Shown here piece by piece: positions 50,132 through 61,200 of a stretch of DNA of 64,000 bases (position 1 is its first letter; every line of letters starts with the position of its first letter). A model generated the notes under the pieces. That model was given only the letters and a program-made list of their open reading frames with translations. It ran no database searches and was not told the DNA's origin. The position numbers and the translations under genes were made by a program. Where the stretch lies: the NCBI GenBank assembly GCA_963743525.1, contig CAVUQH010000003.1:608001-672000 (forward strand). The letters run 5' to 3'. The stretch is from an uncultured delta proteobacterium (GTDB taxonomy: Bacteria; Myxococcota_A; Polyangia; Haliangiales; Haliangiaceae).

Positions 50132-51817
50132 TCACTTATACGCAGGGCCGCTCCGGTTGACCCCCGGCAGCTCCAGGGGCGGGCGCGGTGGCCGGGAAAG
50201 CGCCCGCGCAACCTCTCCGGGGCCCAGCTGCCGGCCCCACATGACCACGCACCGAGCTCCCGCGGATCCGGTGACATAGGCGTGGCCGCCGCCGGTTGCC
50301 GCGTCGAGCAGGGCGCGGGCGTGGGCGGTCAGCTCGGCGCCGCGGGTGAAGCGCGGCTGCATCAGCGAGGCCACCCGTTCGGGGTCGGGTGCGTCCATGG
50401 CGGTCAGCTCGGCGGCCAGACGGCGCGCCGACCACTGCTGCAGCTCGCGCACCAGGCGCAGGCCGACCTCGCCTCGGCGGGCGTGGTCGTCATCGCCGTC
50501 GCCGACCGTCTGGCCGCGCGGAGTGAGCACGCGGTCGATGAAGTCGGCGACGGCGGACGAGCCGAGCAGCTGGTCCCAGTCGCCGCCGCACAGCGCGACC
50601 GACGCCCGGTAGCTGCTGACGATCGCCCGGCGCTGCGCTTCGGTCGGCGAGTGCTCCCAGCCGAGCGCCGCGCGCAACGGGCGGGTGGCGGCAGTCAGAT
50701 AGAGCTCCGCCCACGCCGCCTCGACGTCCGCGCAGGCGTCGAGGTAGGCCAGCTCGACGGCCAGCTCGGTGGTGGTGCTGACGCCGGCGAGCACATCGCG
50801 CCGATCGCGGGCGTGGGTCTCCAGCACCGGCTGACCGGTGGCGCGGGCGTGGGTGAGCGTGGCCTCGGCGCGCACCAGCTCCGGGTCGCGCGCGAGTGCC
50901 AGCATCAGGTCGGCCTCTTCCACCCGCACACCCAGCTCGTCGGCGTTGTGCGCGTCCGCGGCCAGGGCCAGGATGCGATCGCAGACTGCGCGTGCTGCGC
51001 GGTCGGCCGGATCGTTCGGGTCGAGGGCGTCGGCCAGGATGCGATAGCCGGCCGCCGCATCGGCCGCCGACGGCACGGCCACGGTGGGCTCGGTGTCGGG
51101 CGATGGCGGCGCAACCGGAACCGCGCGGGCGTAGTCGGCGGCGGCGATCCGCACCTCGTCCAGCTCGTCGGCGATGTCGCCCGGCTCGTCGGCGACGGCG
51201 CCCTCCGGCGCGCCCGTCGCGCGCGCCAACCAGCGGCCCAGCACCGCCAACCCGGCGGCATCGAACGGCAGCCGGTGCCGGTACCAGGGCGCGGTGCACA
51301 CCCCCGCCCAGTCGGTGGCCGGCTCGGCCCCGCGCAGGCGCTTCCAGCAGCCGAGCGCGTTCTCGAGCTGCGCCGTCCGCGCGGCGTCGTCCTCGGCGGT
51401 GGCCCACTCGATCAGCGCCGCGCACAGCGGCGCGACCGCCGCGCAGGTGTCGCCGGCCGTCCGCTCGAGCGCCGCGGCTCGCTGCTTGGCGGCGATGGTC
51501 AGCGGGGCGAAGTCGCCGTGGCCGGTGGCCGCCAGCCCGGCGTCGTAGGCCATCCGCGCCGCCGCCCGCCGCCGGTCGTCGCGGACCGCGGCGTGGACGT
51601 GGATCAGCCCGAAGTGCCGGTCGAGCCACTCGGCGCGCACCAGCTCGAACACCCCGCCGGTGCGGGCCATGTAGTCGCCCGGGCTGGTGGCGTCGTCGAC
51701 CAGCGCCCGGTAGCGGCGAATCGCCGCCTGCTGGTGGCGGTGCAGCTCGGGGCGGCGCTCCATGCGCGCCAGCTTGCGTTCGAGCCAGCGCGCGTGGTCG
51801 CGCAGGGCGGCATCCAT
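50132..51817 (-). CDS. Hypothetical alpha-helical protein (about 560 aa)
   Basis: Long ORF packed between the PilZ and spike-like genes; no family recognised. Confidence 0.6.
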   Translation of the reverse strand: MDAALRDHARWLERKLARMERRPELHRHQQAAIRRYRALVDDATSPGDYMARTGGVFELVRAEWLDRHFGLIHVHAAVRDDRRRAAARMAYDAGLAATGHGDFAPLTIAAKQRAAALERTAGDTCAAVAPLCAALIEWATAEDDAARTAQLENALGCWKRLRGAEPATDWAGVCTAPWYRHRLPFDAAGLAVLGRWLARATGAPEGAVADEPGDIADELDEVRIAAADYARAVPVAPPSPDTEPTVAVPSAADAAAGYRILADALDPNDPADRAARAVCDRILALAADAHNADELGVRVEEADLMLALARDPELVRAEATLTHARATGQPVLETHARDRRDVLAGVSTTTELAVELAYLDACADVEAAWAELYLTAATRPLRAALGWEHSPTEAQRRAIVSSYRASVALCGGDWDQLLGSSAVADFIDRVLTPRGQTVGDGDDDHARRGEVGLRLVRELQQWSARRLAAELTAMDAPDPERVASLMQPRFTRGAELTAHARALLDAATGGGHAYVTGSAGARCVVMWGRQLGPGEVARALSRPPRPPLELPGVNRSGPAYK

Positions 51818-51821
51818 GCCG

Positions 51822-52166
51822 CTAGTATGTCGAAGTCGCGCGTCCGCGTGAGTGGACGAAGGCACGCACGCGTGCCCGATCTTCCGACGCGTCGCTGCCG
51901 ACGAAGCGGATGTGCGTCCCGCGCTTGCCCGGCAGCTCGGTGTTGCCGACGATCTCGGCCGGCAGCCGGTTCATGGCCGGGTCGCCGGGGAGCTTGAACA
52001 GCAGGGTGACCTGCGTGCCCACGCTGTGGGGACCGGTGCCGAAAAGGAACATACCGCCCGCCGACAAGTCCGTAGCGTACTGAAAGTAGGTGGTGTGCTC
52101 GTCCAACTCGACGACGTGCAGGTCGACGTCAACTCGAGGCTCGGTGCGCCGTTCGTCGTTCGCCAT
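51822..52166 (-). CDS. Single PilZ-domain protein (myxobacterial type)
   Basis: ERRTEPR and DLSAGG c-di-GMP motifs. Confidence 0.88.
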   Translation of the reverse strand: MANDERRTEPRVDVDLHVVELDEHTTYFQYATDLSAGGMFLFGTGPHSVGTQVTLLFKLPGDPAMNRLPAEIVGNTELPGKRGTHIRFVGSDASEDRARVRAFVHSRGRATSTY

Positions 52167-52356
52167 GGCTAAATTTTGTATCTCGCCTTATGTCGCGCTC
52201 AAAGAGAAAATCGTTTTGGGGTAAACCCTGTCGATACGTGGCCAAGCAATATTAGGACGTTATAGCCGTCGCGCGGTGGTGCCCATGGGCGTCGCCGGGC
52301 CATCGACGTTTGGCCGCCGACTGGATGCGAAGCTCGGCGCTGGCTATGATCGAGGA

Positions 52357-53091
52357 GTGAAGCGGCTCATTGCGGTCATCCGGCGTCCGGGCGCGGTGCT
52401 CGCGCTGGTCAGCGAACGCGCGCCGGCCACCGCCAGCGGGCCGTCGGCCGGACCGTATCGCGAGGCGCTGGTGCCGCTGGCCGCGGTCAGCGAAGCGATC
52501 TGCCCGTGGAAGGACAAGGACGTGCGCGCCTGGCGATCGCTGGCCCGGGTGCCCGGGCTCAGCCGGCGCGCCGGCGTGGCCATCGTTCGCACGATCATAG
52601 GCAGCACGGTCGACCCCGACGCCGTGCCGGCGGACCTGTCGCCACTGTCGTTCTCCCGCGGCCCTGTGAACCTCCAGCCGCACCTGTGCGCCGCCGACGG
52701 CGAGCAAGAGCTGCTCGACGGGCTGGGCGACGTGCTCACCGAGGTCTCCCGCGACACCGACTTCCCCGACTGGCACTGGAACCGGCGTCACTCGCTGGCG
52801 GTGCTGCCGGATCACTTCCGTCGCTCGTTCCTGTGGGGGCTGCACCTGTCGCCGTGGTCGACGGTGGAGCACACCCTGGCCGTCTACGAGGCGCTCGAGC
52901 TCGACAGCGACGCGCCGTTGCGTCGCGCGCTGGCGCGGATGTTGTCGCTGGCCGACCGGCCGATCGGCCTGGCCTGGTCGCGGGCGATCGCCGACGTCGA
53001 GCCGGGCGAGCGGCTGGCGCTGTGCGAGCGCGTCGTCGAGACCGGCGCCTACGCGACCCACCCCGAAGCGATGTCGCGGCGGGTGTCGTAG
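52357..53091 (+). CDS. Hypothetical protein
   Basis: ORF with TATGAT box 6 nt before GTG 52357; no family recognised. Confidence 0.5.
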   Translation: MKRLIAVIRRPGAVLALVSERAPATASGPSAGPYREALVPLAAVSEAICPWKDKDVRAWRSLARVPGLSRRAGVAIVRTIIGSTVDPDAVPADLSPLSFSRGPVNLQPHLCAADGEQELLDGLGDVLTEVSRDTDFPDWHWNRRHSLAVLPDHFRRSFLWGLHLSPWSTVEHTLAVYEALELDSDAPLRRALARMLSLADRPIGLAWSRAIADVEPGERLALCERVVETGAYATHPEAMSRRVS

Positions 53092-53185
53092 GCCGCCCTG
53101 AACCGCGGTCCAACCTCTGGGCTTTCGCCGCGGGAGCGGACCGTGCCGATTGCACGGTCCGGGCGAATCCCGCATGCTCGTCGGG

Positions 53186-53944
53186 ATGGCCGAATGGGAA
53201 GTTCCTAGAAGGGAGCCGCGCTACCGGCTCCGCATTCCGGTCATTCTGCGCCTGGGTCGAGAGTCCACCGAGGTGATGACCGAGGACGTGTCGTTCTCGG
53301 GCATGTTCGTGCGCACCGACGCGCCGCCGCCCGAGCGCGGACTGATCAAGATCGACATCCCGGTGCCGGGCGAGGTCTCGCCGCTCGCGCTCACCGCGAT
53401 GGTCGTGCATCGGATCGAGCCGAACCCGTCGCTGCAGCGCATCCCCGGCGCCGGCCTGCAGCTCTACGGCGTCGGCTCCGACATGCGCGACAAGTGGGCC
53501 CGCTACATCCTGTCACTGCGCGACAAGGACGTGAACGCCGCGTCCAGGCCGGTGCCGGTCGAAGCCAGCAACGACAACTCGCCCGAGCTTCACTCGCTCG
53601 AGCGGGAACCGATCAACCGGCGCCACGTTCGCTACAGCGCGGTGTTGATCGCGCGGGCCAGGACCATCGACGAGCTGGTCACCATGTACACCCGCGACAT
53701 CTCGCAGGGCGGCACCTTCCTCACCACCAACGTCGCCGTTGCCGCCGGCGACGCGCTGCGGCTGGAGCTGATCCATCCGGACACCGGCGAGTCGTTCGAT
53801 CTGGCGTGCGTCGTGCGCCGGCGGGTGCGCGACGGTCTCGGTGTCGAGTTCACCGATCTGGACGAAGCCAAGCGCGAGGCGTTCTGGCAGTTCGTCGAGC
53901 CGGTGGTCGAGCTCAACGAAGACGACTTCTTGCTTCTGGATTGA
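53186..53944 (+). CDS. Tandem PilZ-domain protein
   Basis: RREPR...DVSFSG and RRHVR...DISQGG. Confidence 0.88.
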   Translation: MAEWEVPRREPRYRLRIPVILRLGRESTEVMTEDVSFSGMFVRTDAPPPERGLIKIDIPVPGEVSPLALTAMVVHRIEPNPSLQRIPGAGLQLYGVGSDMRDKWARYILSLRDKDVNAASRPVPVEASNDNSPELHSLEREPINRRHVRYSAVLIARARTIDELVTMYTRDISQGGTFLTTNVAVAAGDALRLELIHPDTGESFDLACVVRRRVRDGLGVEFTDLDEAKREAFWQFVEPVVELNEDDFLLLD

Positions 53945-53947
53945 ACC

Positions 53948-55436
53948 ATGGCATTTGCCGAATACGATCGCTTCGATGCGCTCGGCCTGGCCGAGCTGGT
54001 GGAAAAAGGTGAGGTCACGCCGGCGGAGCTGGTCGACACCGCCATCGCTCGCGCCGAGGCGGTCAACCCGCGCATCAACGCCATCGTCACGCCGCTCTAC
54101 GACCGCGCGCGCAAGCAGGCGGCGGGCGAGCTGCCAGCCGGGCCGTTCCGCGGGGTGCCGTTCCTGATCAAGGACCTGTTGTCGGCGCTGGCCGGCGAGC
54201 CCATGCAGCAGGGCTCGGCCATGTACCGCGGCTGGGTGCCGAGGGAGAACTCCGAGCTGGTCAATCGCTACCTCGCATCCGGCGTGGTCATCGCGGGCAA
54301 GACCAACACCCCGGAGCTGGGGTTGTTGCCGACCACCGAGCCGACCGCCTACGGGCCGTCGCGCAACCCGTGGCATCCCGAGCGCACCACCGGTGGCTCG
54401 AGCGGCGGCTCGGCGGCGGCGGTGGCGACGCGCATCGTGCCGATGGCCGGCGGTGGCGACGGCGGCGGATTCGATCCGCATCCCCTGTTCGTGCTGCGGG
54501 CTGTTCGGGCTCAAGCCCAGCCGCGGGCGCACGCCCACCGGCCCGCTCGAGGCCGAGGGCTGGAACGGCTTCGCCATCGAGCACGTGCTCACGCGCAGCG
54601 TGCGCGACAGCGCGGCGATGCTCGACGCGGTCACCGGCTGGTACCCGGGCGACTTCCACTACATGCCGCCGCCGGCGACGCCGTTCCGCGACCAGGTGAC
54701 CACCGAGCCGGGGCGCCTGCGCATCGCCGTGAGCACCGAGCCGTACCTGCGCTCGCAGGTCCACGGCGACGTCATCGCAGCAGTCGAGGACACCGCGCGG
54801 CTGCTGCGCGAGCTGGGCCACGAGGTCATCGACGACGCGCCGCGTATCGACGCGACCGCGTTCTCGCGCGCGTTCCTGACCGTGGTCGCCGGCCAGACCG
54901 CCGCCGCGATCCGCACCGCCGAGGAGCGCGTCGGCCACAAGGCGCGCACCGAGGATTTCGAGCTGCGCACCCGCCTCAGCGCCATGAGCGGCGACGCCTT
55001 CAGCGCTGGCGACTATGTCGCCGCCGTGCACACCCTGCACGATCAGGCGCGGCGGGTACACCGCTTCCTCGACGACGTCGACGTCATCGTCAACCCGACC
55101 ATCTCGGTGCCGCCGCCGCGGCTCGGTTTCCTCGCCGCCGAGGGGCCGCGCGCCGTGCTCGAGCAGCTGATGGGGCGGCTGCCGGTGGGCAAGCTGCTCA
55201 CCCTCGGGCCGCTCCTCGATCAGGCGTCGGCCGACGTCTTCGCGTTCATCCCGTGGACGCCGATCTACAACGTCACCGGGCAGCCGTCGATGTCGGTGCC
55301 GCTGTACTGGAACGCCGAGGGCCTGCCGATCGGCGTGATGTTCACCGGGCGTTTTGCCGACGACGCGACCATGTTCCGGCTGGCCGGCCAGCTCGAGCGC
55401 GCGCGTCCGTGGGCCGATCGCGCACCACCGCTCTAG
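53948..55436 (+). pseudogene. Amidase-signature enzyme with +1 frameshift near 54470 (probable sequence error)
   Basis: [31 protein letters not shown] broken by an extra T (ggattcgatc); [19 protein letters not shown] follow in the next frame. Confidence 0.9.
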
Positions 55437-56614
55437 GCGGCGCGGACCCGGGCCGGGCGGAACTCCGGCTCGGCGCCCTGGAGCATGCGGTCGACGTCGG
55501 CGCGGACCATCCGGTTGCCCAGGTGTGTGGCCACCGAGCTGGCGCCGGGCAAGGCGCGCCGCGCCATCTCCAGCGGCGCGATGAACGCGCGGGTCGGATA
55601 GATGGCCCACTTCCACCGCTGGTTGGGAATACCCAGCTGGTCGGCGATGTCGTCGCCGTTGAACGCGCGGGTGAGGCCGTCGTGGTACTTGGTCACGAAT
55701 CCGCTGAAGCGCCGCTGCGCCGGCGTGCGCGCGATCTGCTCGGGCACCTTGCGCAGCGCCTGCGCCAGCGCCACCGAGTCGTCGTCGGCGCCCGGCTGCA
55801 CGTCGTTGATCATCTGCGCGAAGCGGATGCCGCTCGCCTCACCGGCGAAGTGGGCGAGCAGCGCCTCGTTCACGCCGCTGAGATACCCGCAGTAGCGCCA
55901 CAGGTGAACCACGGCGTCGGCCTCGCGCCGGGTGAAGTGAAAGCCCATCTTGCGCGCGCCGGCCAGCACCAGCAGCGAGAACTCGACCACGGTTCCGGCC
56001 ATGTCCGCCTGGTTGATCGGCGAGCCCCACGCGGCTGCGTCCCACCGCGGCGACTGCGCGAGCATCCTCCGCACCAGCGCGTGCATCAGCCGCACCCGCA
56101 CCGCCAGCTCGAACCCGCGGCCGTGCCGGCGCAGCCCGCCGACCTGACAGACCTCGGTGACGAACCGCCCGGTCTCGGCCAGGCGCCGCGGCGCCCGCGC
56201 CGCCAGCTGGCCGGTGAACGCCAGCGGCTTGACCGCCGGGCCGCAGCGGTAGCCGTTCATCAGCGACCAGGCCGACAGGATCATCATCGCCGCCGGCCCC
56301 AACCGCTGGTACGTGCGCGCGCCCAGGTCGAGCCGCCGCCAGTTGACCCAGCGCGGCGCGTGCTCGAGCTGCGCAAACAGCCGCGCCAGCGACGGCGGCG
56401 CTCCGTCGACCTGGTGGGCTCCGCGCTCGATCGCCGCGGCCAGCATCGCCATCGGATCGACCCGCGCCGCGCTGGCCTCGGCCAGGTATCGATCCATCAG
56501 CTCATCGCCGATCAGCTGGAAGCGCGCGTACTCGTCGGCGACGGCGCCGTACTCGCGCCGCGCCTGCTCGCGGTTGACATAGCGGTCCGGGAACGAAACT
56601 GACCGGTCAGTCAC
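55433..56614 (-). CDS. MpaB/Lcp-like (DUF2236) heme oxygenase family protein
   Basis: RRLAETGRF, VRVRLMHALVR, WGSPINQADM, HLWRYCGYLSGV. Confidence 0.85.
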   Translation of the reverse strand: MTDRSVSFPDRYVNREQARREYGAVADEYARFQLIGDELMDRYLAEASAARVDPMAMLAAAIERGAHQVDGAPPSLARLFAQLEHAPRWVNWRRLDLGARTYQRLGPAAMMILSAWSLMNGYRCGPAVKPLAFTGQLAARAPRRLAETGRFVTEVCQVGGLRRHGRGFELAVRVRLMHALVRRMLAQSPRWDAAAWGSPINQADMAGTVVEFSLLVLAGARKMGFHFTRREADAVVHLWRYCGYLSGVNEALLAHFAGEASGIRFAQMINDVQPGADDDSVALAQALRKVPEQIARTPAQRRFSGFVTKYHDGLTRAFNGDDIADQLGIPNQRWKWAIYPTRAFIAPLEMARRALPGASSVATHLGNRMVRADVDRMLQGAEPEFRPARVRAA

Positions 56615-56621
56615 CCACCCA

Positions 56622-57035
56622 GTTTACGGGGACACGCACCATGGTGTCAACACATTGGAATCACTGCAGATTTGAGCACAAACGTCCAATCATTGCGACC
56701 GGCTGTCGCTGGTCCTGGGTTTACGGGGACACGCACCATGGTGTCAACACATTGGAATCACTGCAGATTTGAGCACAAACGTCCAATCATTGCGACCGGC
56801 TGTCGCTGGTCCGGATTGGTCATTTGTGCTGAGATGTTCATTGATTTCACGGGGATACGACCCCCGTGCGTGTCCCCGAGGGGACGATTGATTTCACGGG
56901 GATACGACCCCCGTGCGTGTCCCCGAGGGGACGTCCAATCATTGCGACCGGCTGTCGCTGGTCCGGATTGGTCATTTGTGCTGAGATGTTCATTGATTTC
57001 ACGGGGATACGACCCCCGTGCGTGTCCCCGAGGGG
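56622..57035. repeat. Cluster of the 64-nt element in tandem and inverted orientation
   Basis: Identical copies at 56628-56691 and 56725-56788 (97-bp period); inverted identical copies at 56814-56877 and 56966-57029; partial copy 56887-56924; shared linker ATTGCGACCGGCTGTCGCTGGTCC three times. Confidence 0.95.
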
Positions 57036-58180
57036 AGGGAGAAGCTCACGCGGGTGCCCTCTCCGACGGCGGAGTCGATGCTGACGTCGCCGCCGTACGA
57101 GGCGACGATTTGTTTGACCACGGCCAGGCCCAGGCCGGTTCCGATGCTGGCCGGCTTGCTGGTGAAGAACGAGTCGAAGACCCGGGGCAGGTCCTGGGCG
57201 GGGATGCCACAGCCGTCGTCTTCGATGGTGCAGCGGGCCAGCTCGTCGTCGGCGGTCAGGGTGATGCGGATGTGTCCACCCTCGCCGCCATCGGCGATGG
57301 CGTCGGCGGAGTTGACCACCAGGTTGACCAGGATCTGCTCGATGCGGGTGCGGTTGATCGGCACCACGACCGGCTGCTCGGGCAGGTTGACGTTGACGGC
57401 GATGCGGCGCGTGCGCCCGGCGATCGACAGCATCGACACGGTGTCGCGCACCACCTCGCGCAGGTCGATCGGCTCGTCGTAGTCGGGGCCGGGCCGCGCC
57501 AGCTCTTTCAGCCGCTGGGCGTGCTCGCGCAGGTGGCGGCAGGCATTCGAGTAGGCGCGCTTGAGCGGCTCGGGAAATCCGAGGTTGTCGTCGATGGCCA
57601 GGATGCGGTCGAGCGAGCCGGTGAAGACGGTGGCCACGTTGGCCAGCTCGTGGCCGAGTCCGCCGGCCAGGGTGCCCAGGGTCGCCAGCCGATCGGCGTG
57701 CAGCAGCTCTTTGCGGGTGCGCTCGAGCTCCTCTTCGACCGACGCCTTGGCCCGTTCCAGCTCGGCCTCGGCCTTGACCCGGCGGTTGACCTCCTCGGTC
57801 AGCTCGGCGACCAACCGGTGGGTCTCGCGCAGATCGCGGGCGACCAGGCCGATGCCGACCAGATCGCCGTTGGCGTCGACCACCGCCGAGCCGGTGACCG
57901 ACACCGGGATGACCGAGTCGTCGGCGGCGCGCAGCTTGACCTCCTCGCGGTGCAGCTCGGCCCCTTCGACCACCAGCTGGATGCGGGTGCTGGAGTGGAT
58001 TGCCGCGGCCTCGTCGGCAAAGATGCTGGCCAGCTTGCGCCCGACCAGCTGATCGCGACTGTGGCCCAGCAGCCGGGTGGCGGCGTCGTTGACGTGGACG
58101 ATGCGGTCGCGAATGTTGACCAGGAAGACGGCATCGACCATCGCGCGGAGGATGTAGGGCGCGTATTCGAGCTCTTCCAT
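56999..58180 (-). CDS. PAS-domain sensor histidine kinase
   Basis: VNDAATRLLG PAS; LAGGLGHELAN, NLVVNSADA, DDGCGI, FFTSK, GTGLGL. Confidence 0.92.
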   Translation of the reverse strand: MEELEYAPYILRAMVDAVFLVNIRDRIVHVNDAATRLLGHSRDQLVGRKLASIFADEAAAIHSSTRIQLVVEGAELHREEVKLRAADDSVIPVSVTGSAVVDANGDLVGIGLVARDLRETHRLVAELTEEVNRRVKAEAELERAKASVEEELERTRKELLHADRLATLGTLAGGLGHELANVATVFTGSLDRILAIDDNLGFPEPLKRAYSNACRHLREHAQRLKELARPGPDYDEPIDLREVVRDTVSMLSIAGRTRRIAVNVNLPEQPVVVPINRTRIEQILVNLVVNSADAIADGGEGGHIRITLTADDELARCTIEDDGCGIPAQDLPRVFDSFFTSKPASIGTGLGLAVVKQIVASYGGDVSIDSAVGEGTRVSFSLPSGTRTGVVSP

Positions 58181-58299
58181 CGTCGGCTGCGCAGTATATC
58201 AGCGGTTTTCGCCCCGTCGCGGCGCGGCTCCGGCACCCGTGCCCGGCTTTTCCGCAAAATCGGCGACGGCACCGCGCGCGCACCGTATGCTGCCCGCTC

Positions 58300-61200
58300 G
58301 TGGCCCACTGCACCCACTGCGGCCGCCGCTTGCCGCCCGGGGCCATCTGCCCCGCCGACGGCACCGCGCTCGCCGCCAGCGCCGAATCGCCGACCGCTCC
58401 GCCGGTGATTGACGGCTTCACCGTGGGCGAGCGCCTCGGCGGCGGTGGGTTCGCCGAGGTCTACGCGGCGCGCGCGGCCGACGACAGCGAGGTCGCGCTC
58501 AAGGTCGCGCGCGTCGCCTCGCCGTTGGCGCGCGAGCGGCTTGCCCGCGAGGCCGACGCCCTGGCGCGCATCGGCCCGCCGCGGGTACCCGCGCTGTTCG
58601 GCCGAGGCGAAAGCGGTGACGGCCGCCCCTACCTGGCGCTCGAGCTGGTGCCGGGGGAGCCGGTGGCGCAACGGCTGGCGCGGCTCGACCAGCCGATGCC
58701 GGCGCGCGAAGCGGTGGCGCTGATCGACGCGGTCGCCGCCGCGCTGGAGGTCGCTCACGCCGCCGGCTGCATCCACCGCGACCTCAAGCCGGAGAACGTC
58801 ATCCTCACGCCGGACGAGCAGGTGGTGCTGATCGACTTCGGCGCCGTGCGCTCGGAGTCCGCCGATGGGCGCACCACCACCGGCGGCTGGCTGGTCGGCA
58901 CGTCGATCTACATGGCGCCCGAGCAGTTGGCCGGCGGCGCGCTGACCCCGGCGGTCGATCTCTATGCCGCAGGCGTGATGTTGTACGAATGTTTGACCGG
59001 CTGCGTGCCGTTCTTCGGCGACGTCGCCAGCGTCGAGCACGCTCATCGCCTGCTGCGCCCGCGCCGCCCCAGCGAGCTGGCGCCGGTGCCGCGGGACCTG
59101 GACGATCTGGTCATGGCCTGCCTGGCCAAGGATCCCGCGCGCCGCCCGGCCGGCGCCGCCGCGCTGCGCGAGGCGCTGGCCGCCGTCGAGCTGGGCGCGC
59201 TGTCGCAGTCGGCGTCGTCGACGACCACGCGGCTGGGCGAGGAGACCCGCCCGGTCGTCTTGCTCGCGGTCGAGGGCGCGTTGCTCGGACCAGACGTCGC
59301 CGACGTGGTGCGCGCCGGGCGCGGCCTGGTCGCCCGCCACTATCGCCGCGGCTTCGTCTGCGCCTTCTGCGACGCCGACGACGACGATCCCGCGACCAGC
59401 GCCCTGGCCCTGGCCCGCGAGCTGGTTACCGCACACGGCGCCCGCACCGTGGCCCACCTGTCGGAGCTGCACGTGCGCGACGGTCATCGTGGTCGCCGGG
59501 TCTACGGCGTCGAGGTCGACCGCCCCGAGGCGTGGCTGCCGGCGTCGGCGTGGGCGGGCTTCGTGGTCACTGCGGCGCTGGCCGACGCGCTGCCCGAGAC
59601 CCGAGCCGATGACGAGCTGCCCGGCTTCGCCCGCGCCGTCGGCTCGGTTTCGCCGCGGCAGCAGCCACCGCTGATCGGTCGCGACCGCTTGCTCGCCGAT
59701 CTCGCCGCCGAGGCCAGCGCTGCAGTCGCCGCTGGTTCGTCGCTGCTGACCACTGTCATCGGCGGACGCGGCACCGGCAAGAGCCGCCTCGCCGGCGAGC
59801 TCGCTCGCCGCCTGCCGGCCGCGCTGCCCGGTGCCCGCGTGGTCAGCGGCGCGGGCGAGTTGTCGGGGGACGGTCCCGTGGCGGCGCGCCTGGTCGCCGC
59901 CGCGCGCCGCCAGCCGCTGGCGCTGATCGTCGACGACGCCCACCGCGCCGGCGACGCGTTGCTCGATGCCCTCGAGCTGGCGACGCTGGAAGGCGACCTG
60001 CCATTGGTGGTGATCGCCATTGGCGAGCCGCGACTGGAGGCGCGCCGCCCGCACTGGGGGCAGCGCGCGCATCGGGCCGTTCGCCACGACCTGCAACCGC
60101 TGTCGGTCAACGACGCCATGTCGCTGGCGGCAGCGCTGCTGTTCCCCGCCGAGTACGTGCCCGCCGACGGCCTGCGCCGTCTCGCCGAGTGGGCCGGCGG
60201 CAACCCGTTCCTGTTGTCCGAGGCAGTGGTGCGGCTCAAGCGCGAGGGCGCGCTGCAGCGGCGACCGCGCGCCGACAGTTTCTACCTCGATGCCGCCTAC
60301 CTCGATCGGCTGCCGACGTCGCCGGCGGCGCAGTGGATCGCCGTGCGCGAGCTGCACGCGATGGAGCCGGAGCTGGCCGCGTGCGCCCGCGTCTGCTCGG
60401 TGCTCGGCGCGTCGTTCGATCGCGACGAGCTGGCCAGCGTGATCGACGCCGCCGCCCGCGCCGGGCTGGCGGCCACCGCCGTCGACGCCGACGCCGGCCT
60501 GCGCGAGATCGCCCGCCGCGGTCTGCTGGCGGACGACGGTGACGGCCGCTGGCGCTTCGCCCGGCCGCTGCTGCGGGACGCCGTCTATCGCGCGCTGCCC
60601 GCCGGTGATCGCACCCGCCTGCACGAGCTGGCGTTCGACTACTGGCGCCGCGGCGATCGCGCGGACTCGGATCGCGGTCTGGCCGCCGCTGCCCGCCACG
60701 CCGCCGGCTCCGGTCACGCCCGCGAGGCGGCGGAGCGCTTCGTCCAGCTGGGCGATCGGCGGCGCCAGTGCCACAAGTTCGTCGCCGCCGAAGAGGCGTA
60801 CAACGCCGCCCTCGAGCACGACCCCGACGGCGAGCTGCGCTGGCGCGCGCTGCTCGGCCGCGGCATCATGCGCTACTGCGTCCAGCGCCTCGACGACGCC
60901 ATCGCCGACCTTCGCGCCGCTCGAGCCGCGGCCCCGTCACCGGCGGTGGAGGCGCGCGCGCTACTCGAAGAAGCGACGGTGCTCGACAGTGCCGAGGATT
61001 TCACCGCGTCGGCGGCGCGAGCCGACGCGGCGCGGCCGCTGGTCGAAGCGACCGGCGACCCGCGCCTGGCCGTCCGCCTTCGCTTCGCCGAGGGACGGTC
61101 GCGGTGGCGCGCCGAAGACCCGCACGGTGCCGCGGTCCTTCTGCAGGAGGCGTGCGACCGAGCGCGCGAGCTCGGCGACGCCGAAACCGAGATCGTCGCC

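Noticed and set aside
52167..52356. Riboswitch or sRNA in the AT-rich spacer beside PilZ
   Set aside because: No recognisable aptamer motif or convincing stems; more simply a divergent promoter region
53948..56602. 884-aa amidase fusion protein
   Set aside because: Result of the +1 frameshift near 54470; the real amidase ends at 55436
56622..57035. CRISPR array
   Set aside because: Units are 64 nt or longer, occur in both orientations, intervening sequences are identical rather than unique, and no cas genes are present
56672..58408. 578-aa plus-strand ORF with repeated N-terminal peptides
   Set aside because: Translation of the non-coding repeat cluster joined to the antisense of the histidine kinase
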